From an uncultured delta proteobacterium (GTDB lineage: Bacteria > Myxococcota > Myxococcia > Myxococcales > Myxococcaceae), in the NCBI GenBank assembly GCA_963796055.1, contig CAWCKH010000003.1:352001-416000 (forward strand): a stretch of DNA of 64,000 bases, in the 5' to 3' direction. Under the pieces are notes generated by a model, which saw nothing but the letters and a program-made list of their open reading frames with translations, had not been told where the DNA came from and ran no database searches. The position numbers and the translations under genes are program-made. Below, piece by piece: positions 18,173 through 29,863 of the stretch. The first letter of the stretch is position 1. Every line of letters begins with the position of its first letter.

Positions 18173-20176
18173 TCAGTCCGGGGGACGCTCGCCCTCGTCA
18201 CCGCCGGGCTTGACGCGCGTGACGGTGGCCTCGGCCTCGTCGCAGCCGGAGAGCGAGGCGCACCCGGGCGGCGCCCAGCGGAGCCGCACCGCGGCGCCGG
18301 GCTTCAGCTCGCCGGCCCGGCGCACCAGGTGCCCGTCGTCCGTCCGGTACACCACGGCGTAGCCACGGGCCATGACCCGGAGCGGGCTCAACCCGTCGAG
18401 GCGTCCGGCCTGCATCTCGGCCACCCGCTTCGATGCGGCGAGGCGGGCCCGCATGGCGCGCTCGAGCCGCGCCCGTGCCTCGCGCACCGGCGTCCGGGCC
18501 GCCGCCAGGCGTCCCTCGCCTTGCTGCCCCAGACGCGAGGTCAGGGCAGCGAGCCGCGTCCGGGCCCGGGCGAGGTCGACGTCGGGCGCCTTCCGCTCGA
18601 GTCGCTGCCGGTGCGACCCCAGCGCTGCGGCCTCGAGCGAGAGCCGGGCACGCTGCAGCTCGGCCAGCCTCCAGCGCAGACGGTCGAGCCGGGCGCGGCG
18701 CTCGCCGAGCAGCGACTCGGGCCGGAACCGCTCCAGCCGTCCGCGCAGGTCCATCAGCCGGGCGCGCTCGCTCCGGAGCCGCTCGGTCCAGAGCCGGCCG
18801 AGCGCCCGTTCCTGCTCGATGAGTCCGTGGCGGAGCCGGGTGACGTCCTGGCGCGGGTCGCGCAGGCGCCGCTCGTGCTGGCGGAGGCGCTCGCGGGCCC
18901 GGGCCACGGAGCCACCGACTCCCTGGCGGAGGCGGGTCCGGGCGGTGCGGAGATCGTCCAGCAGAGCCTCGAGCTCCGGGGCGAGCACCTCGGCGGCGGC
19001 GCTGGGGGTGGGCGCGCGGACGTCGGCCACGAAGTCGGCGATGGTGAAGTCGACCTCGTGGCCCACCGCCGAGACCACCGGCACCGGGCTGGCGGCGATG
19101 GCCCGCGCGACGGCCTCCTCGTTGAACGTCCAGAGGTCCTCGGCGCTGCCCCCGCCGCGGGTGACGACGATGACGTCCACGTCGGTCCGGACGAGCCGCT
19201 GGAGGGCGCGCACCACCTCGTCGGCTGCGCCCGGGCCCTGCACGCGGGCATGGCACAGGAGAACGGAGAGGCGGGGGTTTCTCCGATGAAGCACCCGCAG
19301 GAAGTCCTGGAGCGCCGCCCCGGAGCGGCTGGTGACGACGCCGATGCGCCAGGGGAGGAAGGGCAGCGGCCGAGGCGGGCGGAGCCGCTTCTCGCCCATC
19401 AGCCCCTCCGCCGTCAGCCGGTCCCGCAGCTGGGCGAAGGCGATGGCCAGCGCGCCGGCGCCCGACGGCTCGATGCGCTGGACGATGAGGTTGTACTGAC
19501 CGGCCTTCTCGTAGACGTCGAGGTTGCCCTCGGCGATGACCTCCATCCCCTCCTCCAGGCGGAACCGGAGGCGCTGGACGACGCTGGCCCAGATCTTCAC
19601 GTCGATGGAGGCACCGGCGTCCTTCAGCTTGAAGAAGAGATGGCCACTGGCGTGGAGGCCGCGGAAGTTGCTGACCTCGCCCCGCACCAGCACCCGGCGG
19701 AAGCCCTCGATCAGCACGCCCTTCACCGCCTGGGTGAGCTGGGTGACGGTGAGCACCACCCGCTCCGGCCGGACGACCGGCGTCGACACCGGGGTCTCGA
19801 TGCGGACCACCTCGGTGGTGGAGGTCCAGCGCACGGCAGGGCCTCGCTCGCGCGGGCGCGAGGGGGCGAGGTCCACCCGGACGGTCTCGCGGCTCACGCC
19901 CAGCTCCGTCGGCGGCTCGGGGTCGAGCGGTTCGGGCTCCCGGCGGGGCCGGGCGATGCGTGGGGGCGCGCTCACCTCCGGCGGTGGGAGGCCAGGCGGC
20001 GGCACGAGGTCAGGTGGAGGGGAGAGCTCGGCCGGGGGCTCGGGGGCATGCAGCGGAGCCGCGGGGACGGAGGGGGCTCGGTCGCTCCGCGCCTGGGGCT
20101 GACCGAAGAGGTCGCCCTGCAGCGTGGAGGGCGCGGACGGGACGAGGCTCTTGACCTTCTTCACGGGCACGGGCAA
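18173..20176 (-). CDS. xseA: Exodeoxyribonuclease VII large subunit with a long Pro-rich N-terminal extension
   Basis: VRGEVSN, SGHLFFKLKD, IGVVTSRSGAA, RGGGSAEDLWTFNEE, GHEVD, RAPTPSAAAE and LSPLRVMARGY. Confidence 0.93.
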   Translation of the reverse strand: MPVPVKKVKSLVPSAPSTLQGDLFGQPQARSDRAPSVPAAPLHAPEPPAELSPPPDLVPPPGLPPPEVSAPPRIARPRREPEPLDPEPPTELGVSRETVRVDLAPSRPRERGPAVRWTSTTEVVRIETPVSTPVVRPERVVLTVTQLTQAVKGVLIEGFRRVLVRGEVSNFRGLHASGHLFFKLKDAGASIDVKIWASVVQRLRFRLEEGMEVIAEGNLDVYEKAGQYNLIVQRIEPSGAGALAIAFAQLRDRLTAEGLMGEKRLRPPRPLPFLPWRIGVVTSRSGAALQDFLRVLHRRNPRLSVLLCHARVQGPGAADEVVRALQRLVRTDVDVIVVTRGGGSAEDLWTFNEEAVARAIAASPVPVVSAVGHEVDFTIADFVADVRAPTPSAAAEVLAPELEALLDDLRTARTRLRQGVGGSVARARERLRQHERRLRDPRQDVTRLRHGLIEQERALGRLWTERLRSERARLMDLRGRLERFRPESLLGERRARLDRLRWRLAELQRARLSLEAAALGSHRQRLERKAPDVDLARARTRLAALTSRLGQQGEGRLAAARTPVREARARLERAMRARLAASKRVAEMQAGRLDGLSPLRVMARGYAVVYRTDDGHLVRRAGELKPGAAVRLRWAPPGCASLSGCDEAEATVTRVKPGGDEGERPPD

Positions 20177-20232
20177 CGAGCTCCAGAGGCTGGAGTATGC
20201 CGTGGGACTGACGCTCGCCGCTTCCCCGCGGC

Positions 20233-21588
20233 TCAGCGCTCCTGCTCGGCCGGCAGCTGGACCGAGAAGCCCCGGGCGATCTCCGCCGCCCGCCTTGCCT
20301 CCGGGGTGCCCGGGAACTCACGGCCGACGACGGAGCAGTGAAGGACCGCGTCCGGCCCGAGCTGGAGCGAGGCGTCAATCTCGCACCGCTCCATCAGCAG
20401 CGCCTTGCGCTGGTCGCCCGTCGCGGTCTCCAGCTGGCGGCCGATCTCGACGAGTCGGGCCTGCTTCTCGGGTGAGCTGGCCCCCATGCGCATGGACTGC
20501 ATCGGGGCGACCTTGAGCCCCGTGGCGGCGGGAGCCGCGGCGGCGCCCTTGCTCTCGGCGGGAGCAGGCTGCCGGAGCGCCTTGGTGGGCGGGGCGGGCT
20601 GGACATCCGCGGACGCATGACCACGCTCGGACTTGGCCAGCGCCTCGTTCAGCGGCGCGGCGGCGTTCGCGCCTGCGCTCTGCGCGTCGAGCTCCTCCGC
20701 GCTGGCCGGGGTGGGCGCCTGGCCCGGGGTGGCGTGAAGGCCATTCTGCTCGCGATGCCCGACCCGGACGCTCTTCTTCGCGGCGAAGGCGTCCCCACCG
20801 GCGACGCTCCCACCGCCGGCCGCACTGGACGGCCCGACCAGAGAACCCGTCCGCTCGGTGGAGACGCTCGCTCCGCCGAGCAGCCCGGAGACGTTCGAGC
20901 GGGCCGCAGACTGGTCCTTCGCGGCGTCGTCCGCCCGTCGCTGCTCGGGGGGCGGAGACGAGGGCTTGCGATCGGCCGGAGCGTCGAGCTTCGCCAGCTC
21001 CTTCTGCTTCGTCTCGGGCTCCGCAGCGACCGAGCGCGGCCGGGCCGGCTGCTCCGCGACGACGGGCTGCCCGGCCTTCCCCGCCATCGTCGCCGCAGGC
21101 GGCGACGCTGACGGCGCCGGAGCCTTCACCGCCTGCTCCCGGGCCGCCTCGTCCCGCGCGCGACCTTCCTGCACCGGGGCGGGCGGCCTTTCCGCCTGGG
21201 CCAGCATGTCGGTCGCGCCTGCTGCCGGCGCCTGGGCGACGCTCTCCGCCTGCTCCCGCGGCGTGGGAAGCACCAGCCAGACCACCGCCAGCGCCGCGGC
21301 GGCCGAGAGGATGCCGAGGATGCGCAGGCCACCGCGCCGGCTCCGCGCGCGGGCCGCGGCCTGCTCCCCGTAGGCGAGGAGCGAGTCCAGTCCCCGTTCG
21401 GGAGCCGGCTCGGTCGGAACCGAGCGAAACGCGGTCCGCACCTCGGCGATGCCCTCGAGCACGGTGCGGCAACGACTGCAGCCATCGACGTGCTGTCGGA
21501 GCGCGCGGGCCTCCGAGGCCGGGACCTCGCCGTAGGCCAGCTCCAGCAGCCGGTCGTCGTCGGGATGGGCAGGCACGGGAGGCCTCAT
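20233..21588 (-). CDS. Zinc-finger (zf-HC2) transmembrane anti-sigma factor
   Basis: HVDGCSRC (HxxxCxxC), one TM helix and a long low-complexity extracytoplasmic part; translationally coupled to the ECF sigma gene. Confidence 0.85.
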   Translation of the reverse strand: MRPPVPAHPDDDRLLELAYGEVPASEARALRQHVDGCSRCRTVLEGIAEVRTAFRSVPTEPAPERGLDSLLAYGEQAAARARSRRGGLRILGILSAAAALAVVWLVLPTPREQAESVAQAPAAGATDMLAQAERPPAPVQEGRARDEAAREQAVKAPAPSASPPAATMAGKAGQPVVAEQPARPRSVAAEPETKQKELAKLDAPADRKPSSPPPEQRRADDAAKDQSAARSNVSGLLGGASVSTERTGSLVGPSSAAGGGSVAGGDAFAAKKSVRVGHREQNGLHATPGQAPTPASAEELDAQSAGANAAAPLNEALAKSERGHASADVQPAPPTKALRQPAPAESKGAAAAPAATGLKVAPMQSMRMGASSPEKQARLVEIGRQLETATGDQRKALLMERCEIDASLQLGPDAVLHCSVVGREFPGTPEARRAAEIARGFSVQLPAEQER

Positions 21589-22169
21589 GCCACCTGACCT
21601 CCCGCGGGCGCGTCGACACCCGCCTCGGTCAGACGCGTCCGCAGCGCCTCGAGCGCGTAGCGCATCCGGCTCTTCACCGTGGGCTCGGGGGCGCCGGTCA
21701 TCCGGGCGATCTCGTGGAAGGGGATGCCCGCCATCTCCCGGAGGAGGAAGACCTCGCGCTGGGCCTCGGGGAGAGCGGCGATGGCCGCCTCGAGCAAGGG
21801 CCGGAGCTCGGACGACGCAGCGGCGCGCTCGGGATCGTGCGCCCCGGTCGACACCCGCTCGGCCTCCAGCGGCTCGGCGGCGCGCGCTCGCTCTCGTCGT
21901 GCTCCATCCACGCAGGCATTCCTCGCAATGGTGTACAGCCAGGTGGTGAACCGTGCACGCGGGCTCCAGTCGTTCGACGCGCGAACCACCTTCAGCCAGG
22001 TCTCCTGGAGGATGTCCTCCGCCCGCGCCCGGTCCTGCGTCCAGCGCAGGACGAAGGCGAACACCGCCCCCCGGTGCCGCCGCACCAGCTCCGGGAAGGC
22101 CCGGGCATCACCCCGCTGGAACCGCCGCATCAGGACCTCGTCGGGGGTCGTGTGGTCGGGGGTGTCGAT
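21585..22169 (-). CDS. ECF RNA polymerase sigma factor (start either ATC 22169 or ATG 22130)
   Basis: GDARAFPELV, AEDILQETW, FTTWLYTIARNACVD and region 4 EIARMTG...TVKSRMRYA. Confidence 0.9.
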   Translation of the reverse strand: MDTPDHTTPDEVLMRRFQRGDARAFPELVRRHRGAVFAFVLRWTQDRARAEDILQETWLKVVRASNDWSPRARFTTWLYTIARNACVDGARRERARAAEPLEAERVSTGAHDPERAAASSELRPLLEAAIAALPEAQREVFLLREMAGIPFHEIARMTGAPEPTVKSRMRYALEALRTRLTEAGVDAPAGGQVA

Positions 22170-22269
22170 GCGGCCTCCGCCGGTGCTCCATTCATGCCGC
22201 CTGGAACGCGAGGCGCCGGCCGATGGATCTACGGACGCTTCCGAGTCTGGCAGCCTGCCAGGTGGGCTG

Positions 22270-23031
22270 TCATGGGAGGGAGCCCACCTGCTCCACGGGC
22301 ACACCTGGCGGCGGCTCGGGGACGAACAGGGAGGAGTCCGGCTGCTCGCCCAGCCGGAGGTCGGTGTACTGCAGGGCCACCGAGCCCTGGCCGGCGAAGG
22401 TGATGGAGCGCGGGAACGGCGTGCCGCGGAGGTCCTCGAAGTCGGCGAAGGTCAGGGTGTAACCGCCCGGGCCGTCGACCCGGCTGCGGACCACCCGCTT
22501 CCGCGAAGGGTCCACCCACAGCTCCTGCGTCCGTCCGCCTGCCCGGAGGGTGACCCGGAACACGTTCTCCTCGGGGTCGACGGCGAGCGTTGGCGCGGGG
22601 TCCGGCAGGCGCGGGGCGCGGCCGAGGAGCATCGATACCAGCTGCTCGGGCGGGAGCGAGACCGGGACCACCCGCGACACGTTCTCGGCGCTGGCCGCGC
22701 CGCGCTGCCACACGCCCACGTCGGACGAGAACATCACGAATCGGTTGCCATCGGAGATGAGGATGCCGCTCGGCTTGCCGAAGAAGTCGAGCACCTCGAG
22801 GTGCACCAAGGCCGGCGAGGAGACCGCCACGAAGAGCTGGACGTTGCCCTTCTTGCCGCGACCGTCTACGCGGGCCTTGGCCTGGCTTTGCAGCCGGGCC
22901 ACCTGGGCATCGACGACGTCCACCTCGGCGAGCAATGCCGTGGCATCCGGGGGAGGGACGCTGCGGATGTCCACCCGCGGCGGACACCCGGCGAGCGCGA
23001 TTAGGAACAACGGCAGGCCACGCCTGTTCAT
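22270..23031 (-). CDS. Lipoprotein with LolA/LolB-like (DUF4292-like) fold
   Basis: Lipobox LAGC after a hydrophobic signal; HLEVLDFFGKP and beta-rich pattern. The fold call is an inference. Confidence 0.6.
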   Translation of the reverse strand: MNRRGLPLFLIALAGCPPRVDIRSVPPPDATALLAEVDVVDAQVARLQSQAKARVDGRGKKGNVQLFVAVSSPALVHLEVLDFFGKPSGILISDGNRFVMFSSDVGVWQRGAASAENVSRVVPVSLPPEQLVSMLLGRAPRLPDPAPTLAVDPEENVFRVTLRAGGRTQELWVDPSRKRVVRSRVDGPGGYTLTFADFEDLRGTPFPRSITFAGQGSVALQYTDLRLGEQPDSSLFVPEPPPGVPVEQVGSLP

Positions 23032-23082
23032 GGGCAGCGAAAAGCACGTAACCTCGGTAAAGCTCAAGGATTTGAGGGCGGA

Positions 23083-23805
23083 ATGACCTTCGAAGAGTTG
23101 TCCCACTACCTGCGCCTGGGTGGCGCGACGCTGGCGATCATCCTCGCCGCCTCGGTCCTGGCCATCGGGGTGGCCGTGGAGCGGTGGATCGCGCTGTGGA
23201 ACATGTCCGCCAACTCCCGGGCCCTGACCGATGCCGTGGGCCGGCACCTCCTGCGCGGGGACGTCTCGGCGGCGAAGAGCACCGTGGAGCGGTCCGACAC
23301 GCTCCTGGCGGACGTCTACCGGATGGGCTTCGAGCGGCTGGAGCGCAGCCGGACGGTGACGCCCGGGGTGGAGGCGGCGGTGGAGCGCGAGCGGGCGCAG
23401 CTCGGGCTCCGGATGAAGAAGAACCTCTGGATTCTCGGGACCATCGGCGCGACCACGCCCTTCGTCGGCCTCTTCGGCACGGTGTACGGAATCATGCGCA
23501 GCTTCCGGGAGCTGGGCCTGGACGTGGAGGCCGGCGGGACGGGCGGCACGGCGGCGGTGATGACCGGCATCTCCGAGGCGCTGGTGGCGACCGCGGCGGG
23601 CATCCTGGTGGCGGTGGAGGCGGTCATCCTCTTCAACTACTTCCAGTCGCGCATCGCCCGGCTGAACGTGGAGATTCGGCTGCAGATCGAGGAGTTCATG
23701 GAGCTGCTCCGCGAGCGCCCCACCGGGCCCGCGCACCCCGAGCCGGCGCAGCCGTCCAAGGCCCCCACCCCGCTGCCGGCCGTGACCACGGCCGGGGCGA
23801 GCTAG
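23083..23805 (+). CDS. MotA/TolQ/ExbB proton-channel family protein
   Basis: LGTIGATTPFVGLFGTVYGIM and GISEALVATAAGILVA. Confidence 0.92.
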   Translation: MTFEELSHYLRLGGATLAIILAASVLAIGVAVERWIALWNMSANSRALTDAVGRHLLRGDVSAAKSTVERSDTLLADVYRMGFERLERSRTVTPGVEAAVERERAQLGLRMKKNLWILGTIGATTPFVGLFGTVYGIMRSFRELGLDVEAGGTGGTAAVMTGISEALVATAAGILVAVEAVILFNYFQSRIARLNVEIRLQIEEFMELLRERPTGPAHPEPAQPSKAPTPLPAVTTAGAS

Positions 23806-23816
23806 GAGGGGGGCAG

Positions 23817-24278
23817 ATGGCGATCGGGCACGTCCCCGGCACGGCGGAAGACGAGACGGAGGAGGCGGTCTTCTCGGAGATCAACATCACTCCGCTCACC
23901 GACATCTTCCTGGTTCTCCTCATCATCTTCATGGTGACCAGCTCGGTCATCGTGAACCAGGGCGCGGGCGCGGCGAAGGCGGGGCTGAAGGTGAATCTGC
24001 CCAAGGGGAGCGCCGCGGACGTCATGCCGGCCTCGACCGACCTCTCGGTGGCCGTGCTGCAGGACGGCCGCATCGTTCTCTCGGGCAACGTGGTGTCCAA
24101 CGAGGAGCTGAAGAAGGCCCTCGACGAGGCGCGGGCGAAGAACCCCAACACCCTGGTGGTCATCCAGGCCGATGAGGGCGTCCCCCACGGCCGGGTGGTC
24201 GAGGTGATGGAGACGGCGAAGGGCGCCGGCCTCGGTCAGCTCGCCATCGGGGTCCGCGAGGCGCCAGGGACCAAGTAG
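23817..24278 (+). CDS. ExbD/TolR family protein
   Basis: EINITPLTDIFLVLLIIFMVT, VNLPK and IQADEGVPHGRVVEVM; GGAGG RBS. Confidence 0.92.
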   Translation: MAIGHVPGTAEDETEEAVFSEINITPLTDIFLVLLIIFMVTSSVIVNQGAGAAKAGLKVNLPKGSAADVMPASTDLSVAVLQDGRIVLSGNVVSNEELKKALDEARAKNPNTLVVIQADEGVPHGRVVEVMETAKGAGLGQLAIGVREAPGTK

Positions 24279-24491
24279 TCCCCGAGGTCCTCCCAGGGCT
24301 CGCCGGCGCGGAGACGAGGCCGCGACAGTGTCGCCCACGGTGTGCCCGCTTCGGATCGGGCACCCCGGCCTCTGGTGAGTCGACCGGGCGCCCGCGCGGG
24401 CGCCCACCAGGGCGGAGGGAACGACGGGCTGACTGCGCGTCGGGTCCTCGCGCTTCCGTGGACCTGCGAGCGCGCTCCTGGCGCGGCCGGA

Positions 24492-24507
24492 TGGCACCCC
24501 TGCTGCA
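24492..24507 (+). promoter_or_regulatory. Putative sigma54 -24/-12 promoter
   Basis: TGGCACCCCTGCTGCA: GG-N10-GC, one mismatch to TGGCAC-N5-TTGC, about 70 bp upstream of a small ORF. Confidence 0.55.
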
Positions 24508-24575
24508 CTTCCGGGTTGACGGGCGCGGCGGTTCGCGCTGCCGGGGTGACGCCCGGGAAACCGAGGAGACGACAG

Positions 24576-24761
24576 ATGAGTGCACGGGAGCAGACGAACG
24601 GAAGCGCGGTCTGGCCGCGCACGGCCACCGTGGCGGTCCTGGCGGCGATGGCGATCCTGGGTGCGGTGATCCCCGTCAGCAGGGCGATCACGCCCGCTCT
24701 GGACCAGCCCGCGGCGAGCTCGCCCGAGGAGCCGGAAGCAGTCCCGGTGTCCGGATCCTGA
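24576..24761 (+). CDS. Small (61 aa) single-TM or secreted protein
   Basis: GAGGAG RBS 7 nt before the ATG; hydrophobic segment TATVAVLAAMAILGAVIPV. Confidence 0.5.
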   Translation: MSAREQTNGSAVWPRTATVAVLAAMAILGAVIPVSRAITPALDQPAASSPEEPEAVPVSGS

Positions 24762-24793
24762 AGGCGCGGCCTGCAGAGGCGGCAGGCCCTCGC

Positions 24794-26820
24794 TCAGGGA
24801 CCGGGGAGCTGCCGTAGCTGTTCGACCAGGGCCTCGAAGCGAGGGAGCCCCCGGAGCGCGGGGAAGGACTCCGCCGAGACGTCCTTTCGCACCGTCGGCT
24901 CGATCCCGTTCCGCACCGCAGCCTCGAGGAGGTCCAGCGCCTCCTCCGGCGCGCGACCCTGCACGTAGGCAGCGAGATGGACCTGGGTGTTGGTGGTCAG
25001 GAAGTGTTTCGGCCCGAGGGCGCGCTCGCTGAAGGCGAGCGCCTCCCGCCCCATCCGTTCCGCCTCCGGGAGCCGGTGAAGGTCGTAGAGCAGGCTGCTC
25101 AGCGATGTCCGCGAGCGGATCGTCAGGGGATGCTCCGGCCCGAGCACCCGCTCCTGGATGGCCAGCGTCTCTCGCGCGAGCGACTCGGCCTCCTCCATTC
25201 GGCCCTGCCGCTGGACCAGCTGCCACACCAGCATCATCGCGTTCAGGGTCTGCGGATGCTCCGGCCCGAGGACCTTCCTCTTCAGCTGCAGCGCCTCCTG
25301 CTGAAGCGAGAGTGCCTCCTCGAGATGTCCCTCCGCCTTCAGCGTGTTGGAGAGGTTGGTGATGAGCTGCAGCGTGTTGGGATGGTCGTCTCCGAGCACG
25401 GACCGGGCTCGGCCCAGCGTGTCGCGTTGCAGCGCCTCCGCCTCGGCGTAGCGCCCGGTCTCCTGGTACACCGAGGCCAGGTTGATCAGCGCTCGGATCT
25501 CGCTCGGGTTCTGCCGGCTGAGCAGCGGCCGGGCGCGTTCCGCCACTTGCCGGAACAGGGGCGCCGCCTCGTCGCGGCGCCCCGCTGACTTCAAGGTGAG
25601 CCCGAGGGTGTTGATCGCGCGCAGCGTGCTCGGGTCGGTGGGGCCGAGCAGTCGTGACTTCGCCGCCACGGCTTCCCGCAGGAACTCCTCGGCCTCGGCG
25701 TACTTCCCAAGCTCCTGCAGCGTGCCGCCCAGCGCGTGGAGTGCGTCCGCGGTCTCGAGGCGGTGGGGTCCGAGCACCCGGCGATCGAGCTCCAGCGCCT
25801 GACGCTCCAGCTGCTCGGCCCGGGGGAGCAAGCCGAGCTGAAAGTAGACCCCTCCGATGGTGCTCATCATCCGGGCCTGCAGCTCGGGGTCCCTCGCCAG
25901 CGACCGCTCCACGTCCGCCGAGGCGCGATCGAGGATCTCGCGGGCGGTCACCGAGTTCCCCCGGGCCTCCGAGGGGTCCGAGACCCGGAAGATCCCGGTG
26001 AGGAACTCGGTCATCCGTCGCGAGGCGGCCGCCTCCTTGTTCGCCCGATCCCGCTCGGCCGCGACGCGGCGCAACTGCAAGGTCATGCTCACCGCGAATG
26101 CCACGAGGAGGATCAGTGCGCCGGCGGCGATCGTCGCCCCGAGGCGGTGGCGGCGGAGATACTTCCGGACCCGGTACCCGACGCTCGGGATGCGGGCGAG
26201 CACCGGCTCGTGCTGCAGGTGGCGCCGGAGGTCGGTGGCGAGCTCGGACGCAGCTCCGTATCGGCGGGCGCGATCCTTCTCCAGCGCTCTGAGGGCGATC
26301 GCGTCCAGATCTCCCGCGATCTCCCTCGACAGCGTGCCGGGATCGGTCCGTTCCTCTCCGGCCGCAGCTCGGGAGGCCCGGGTCAGAAGGCGCGTGCTGG
26401 GCCTCGGTGGCTCCTCCTCGCGGAGGATGCGCCGGAGCTCGTCCGCCGTGGAGGTCCGGAGCCGCTCGGAGGGAAACGGCAGCTCCCCGGTCAGCAGCTG
26501 GTAGAGGACCACCCCGAGCGAGTACACGTCGCTGCGGGTGTCGACGTCCGCGCCCGTCGAGTCCGCCTGCTCGGGGCTCATGTACTCCGGCGTGCCGATG
26601 ACCGAGCCGAGCTCGGTGAACAGCGTCCGGTCGGTGAGGCGCTGGCCGATGGCCTTGGCGATCCCGAAGTCGATGATCTTCGGCTGCGGGCGGCCATCCA
26701 CCTCGGTGACCAGGATGTTCGTCGGTTTGAGATCTCGGTGAATGACGGCCTTCTGGTGCGCGTGCTGCACGCCGTCGCAGACCTCGGCGAGGAGTGACAC
26801 CCGCGCTGCCGTGGCCAGCG
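24794..26820 (-). pseudogene. 5'-truncated Hanks-type Ser/Thr kinase with TM helix and TPR repeats
   Basis: HRDLKPTN, DFG, GTPEYMSPEQ and DVYSLG are present, but the Gly-rich loop, VAIK lysine and N-lobe are missing; C-terminal LGPEHP-type TPR repeats. Confidence 0.8.
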
Positions 26821-27245
26821 CGCGGCGCGAGGACCTGGGCCTGGTGGTGCGCAGCATCCTCGGCGCGGTCCCGGGCGGCCCGGGACGGATCCGTCTCGAG
26901 CTGGAGGCGGCGCGCGCGCTGCTGTTGCACCCGTGGCCGCTCAACGTCCGTCAGCTGCGAACGATGCTGCTCGCCGCGGTCGACCTCGCGAGCGTGGACG
27001 AGACCGGACCGGTGCTGGTGGGCAGGGGCCACGTCTCCGAGCCCGAGCAACCACCCTCGCGGGGCACCGCAGCGACACAGCCGCGGCCGCTCTCCCCTGC
27101 CGACCAGGCGCTGCGCGGCCAGCTGGCGTCGCTGCTCGCCGAGCACCGGGGCAACGTGGCGGCGGTCGCTCGAGCCTTTGGCAAGCCTCGGACCCACGTG
27201 CAACGGCTGATGGCGCGCCTCGGTCTCCGGCGCGACGAGCGCTGA
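26818..27245 (+). pseudogene. 3' remnant of a sigma54-dependent activator (AAA lid plus Fis-type HTH)
   Basis: RREDLGL, HPWPLNVRQL and HRGNVAAVARAFG...VQRLM; no Walker A, GAFTGA or Walker B upstream. Confidence 0.8.
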
Positions 27246-27266
27246 CCGGCGCGGGGGGCCCGCTGC

Positions 27267-29108
<1,842 letters not shown>

Positions 29109-29111
29109 CGG

Positions 29112-29170
29112 TCGACTCCAGAATCAACGGGACACACCGGAAGCATGTGTCCGGCTGATTCCCGAGTCAA
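29112..29170 (-). promoter_or_regulatory. 25-bp imperfect hairpin covering the SD of the acyl-CoA dehydrogenase gene and overlapping a sigma70-like promoter
   Basis: On the minus strand 23 of 25 positions pair (3 G-U) with a 9-nt loop; TTGACT-N17-CATGCT lies in the 5' arm and loop. Confidence 0.7.
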
Positions 29171-29218
29171 TCCAAAATGACGCCCCGCGTCGGCAGGGGC
29201 CTGGAGGGGTCGTCAGAC

Positions 29219-29857
29219 CTACTTCTTGGCGGCCTTCTTCGCCTCGGGGGCCGTTCGCAGGGCCTGCGACTTCTGGGAGGTGGCCTTCTTGACCCCGGAA
29301 ACGGGGGTGGCCACCGGCTCCTTGCGCGTCGCGGGCGTGGTAGCGGGAGCCGGCGGGAGGATGCTCTCGCGCGGGGCGGGGATGACCAGCGGCGGCTGCC
29401 CGGCACGCTGGCGGTTCTCGTCCTCCAGGGAGAGGAAGAGCTGGATCTGCGCGCCGCCCCGGAGGACCAGCTCGCCCTTCTGGTTCTCGGCCCAGAGGTC
29501 CAGCTCGGCGAAGTAGCGACCCTCGTCACCCCAGCGCTCGGTCACCCGGCCCTTGCAGACCACCGTGTCCCCCGGCCAGACGATCTTCGAGAACTTCACC
29601 GAGTACCGGCGCAGCTGCGCGCCCCGGGCCCAGTCGGACACCAGCTGTCCGAGAAAGCCCATGATCAGCATCCCCGGGGCGTAGACCGAGGGCATGCCCA
29701 GGCTCTTGGCGTACGTCTCGTCGACGTGCACCGGGTTGAAGTCACCCGAAGCGCCGGCGTAGCGCGCCAGCTGCACCCGATCGACCGGGGTCTTGGAGAG
29801 CCCGGGCATCTCCTCCCCCACCCGCACCGCCTCGAAGTAGAGCTTGCGTGATGCCAT
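29219..29857 (-). CDS. MaoC-family dehydratase
   Basis: YAGASGDFNPVH hydratase motif; Lys/Ala-rich tail. Confidence 0.88.
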   Translation of the reverse strand: MASRKLYFEAVRVGEEMPGLSKTPVDRVQLARYAGASGDFNPVHVDETYAKSLGMPSVYAPGMLIMGFLGQLVSDWARGAQLRRYSVKFSKIVWPGDTVVCKGRVTERWGDEGRYFAELDLWAENQKGELVLRGGAQIQLFLSLEDENRQRAGQPPLVIPAPRESILPPAPATTPATRKEPVATPVSGVKKATSQKSQALRTAPEAKKAAKK

Positions 29858-29863
29858 CGGCGT

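Noticed and set aside
23802..27203. Very long alternative-frame or antisense ORFs (e.g. 23802-27203, 11342-13423, 32799-35498)
   Set aside because: These are shadow ORFs typical of high-GC DNA: Arg/Pro/Gly/Ala-rich or antisense to well-supported genes, with no recognisable motifs.
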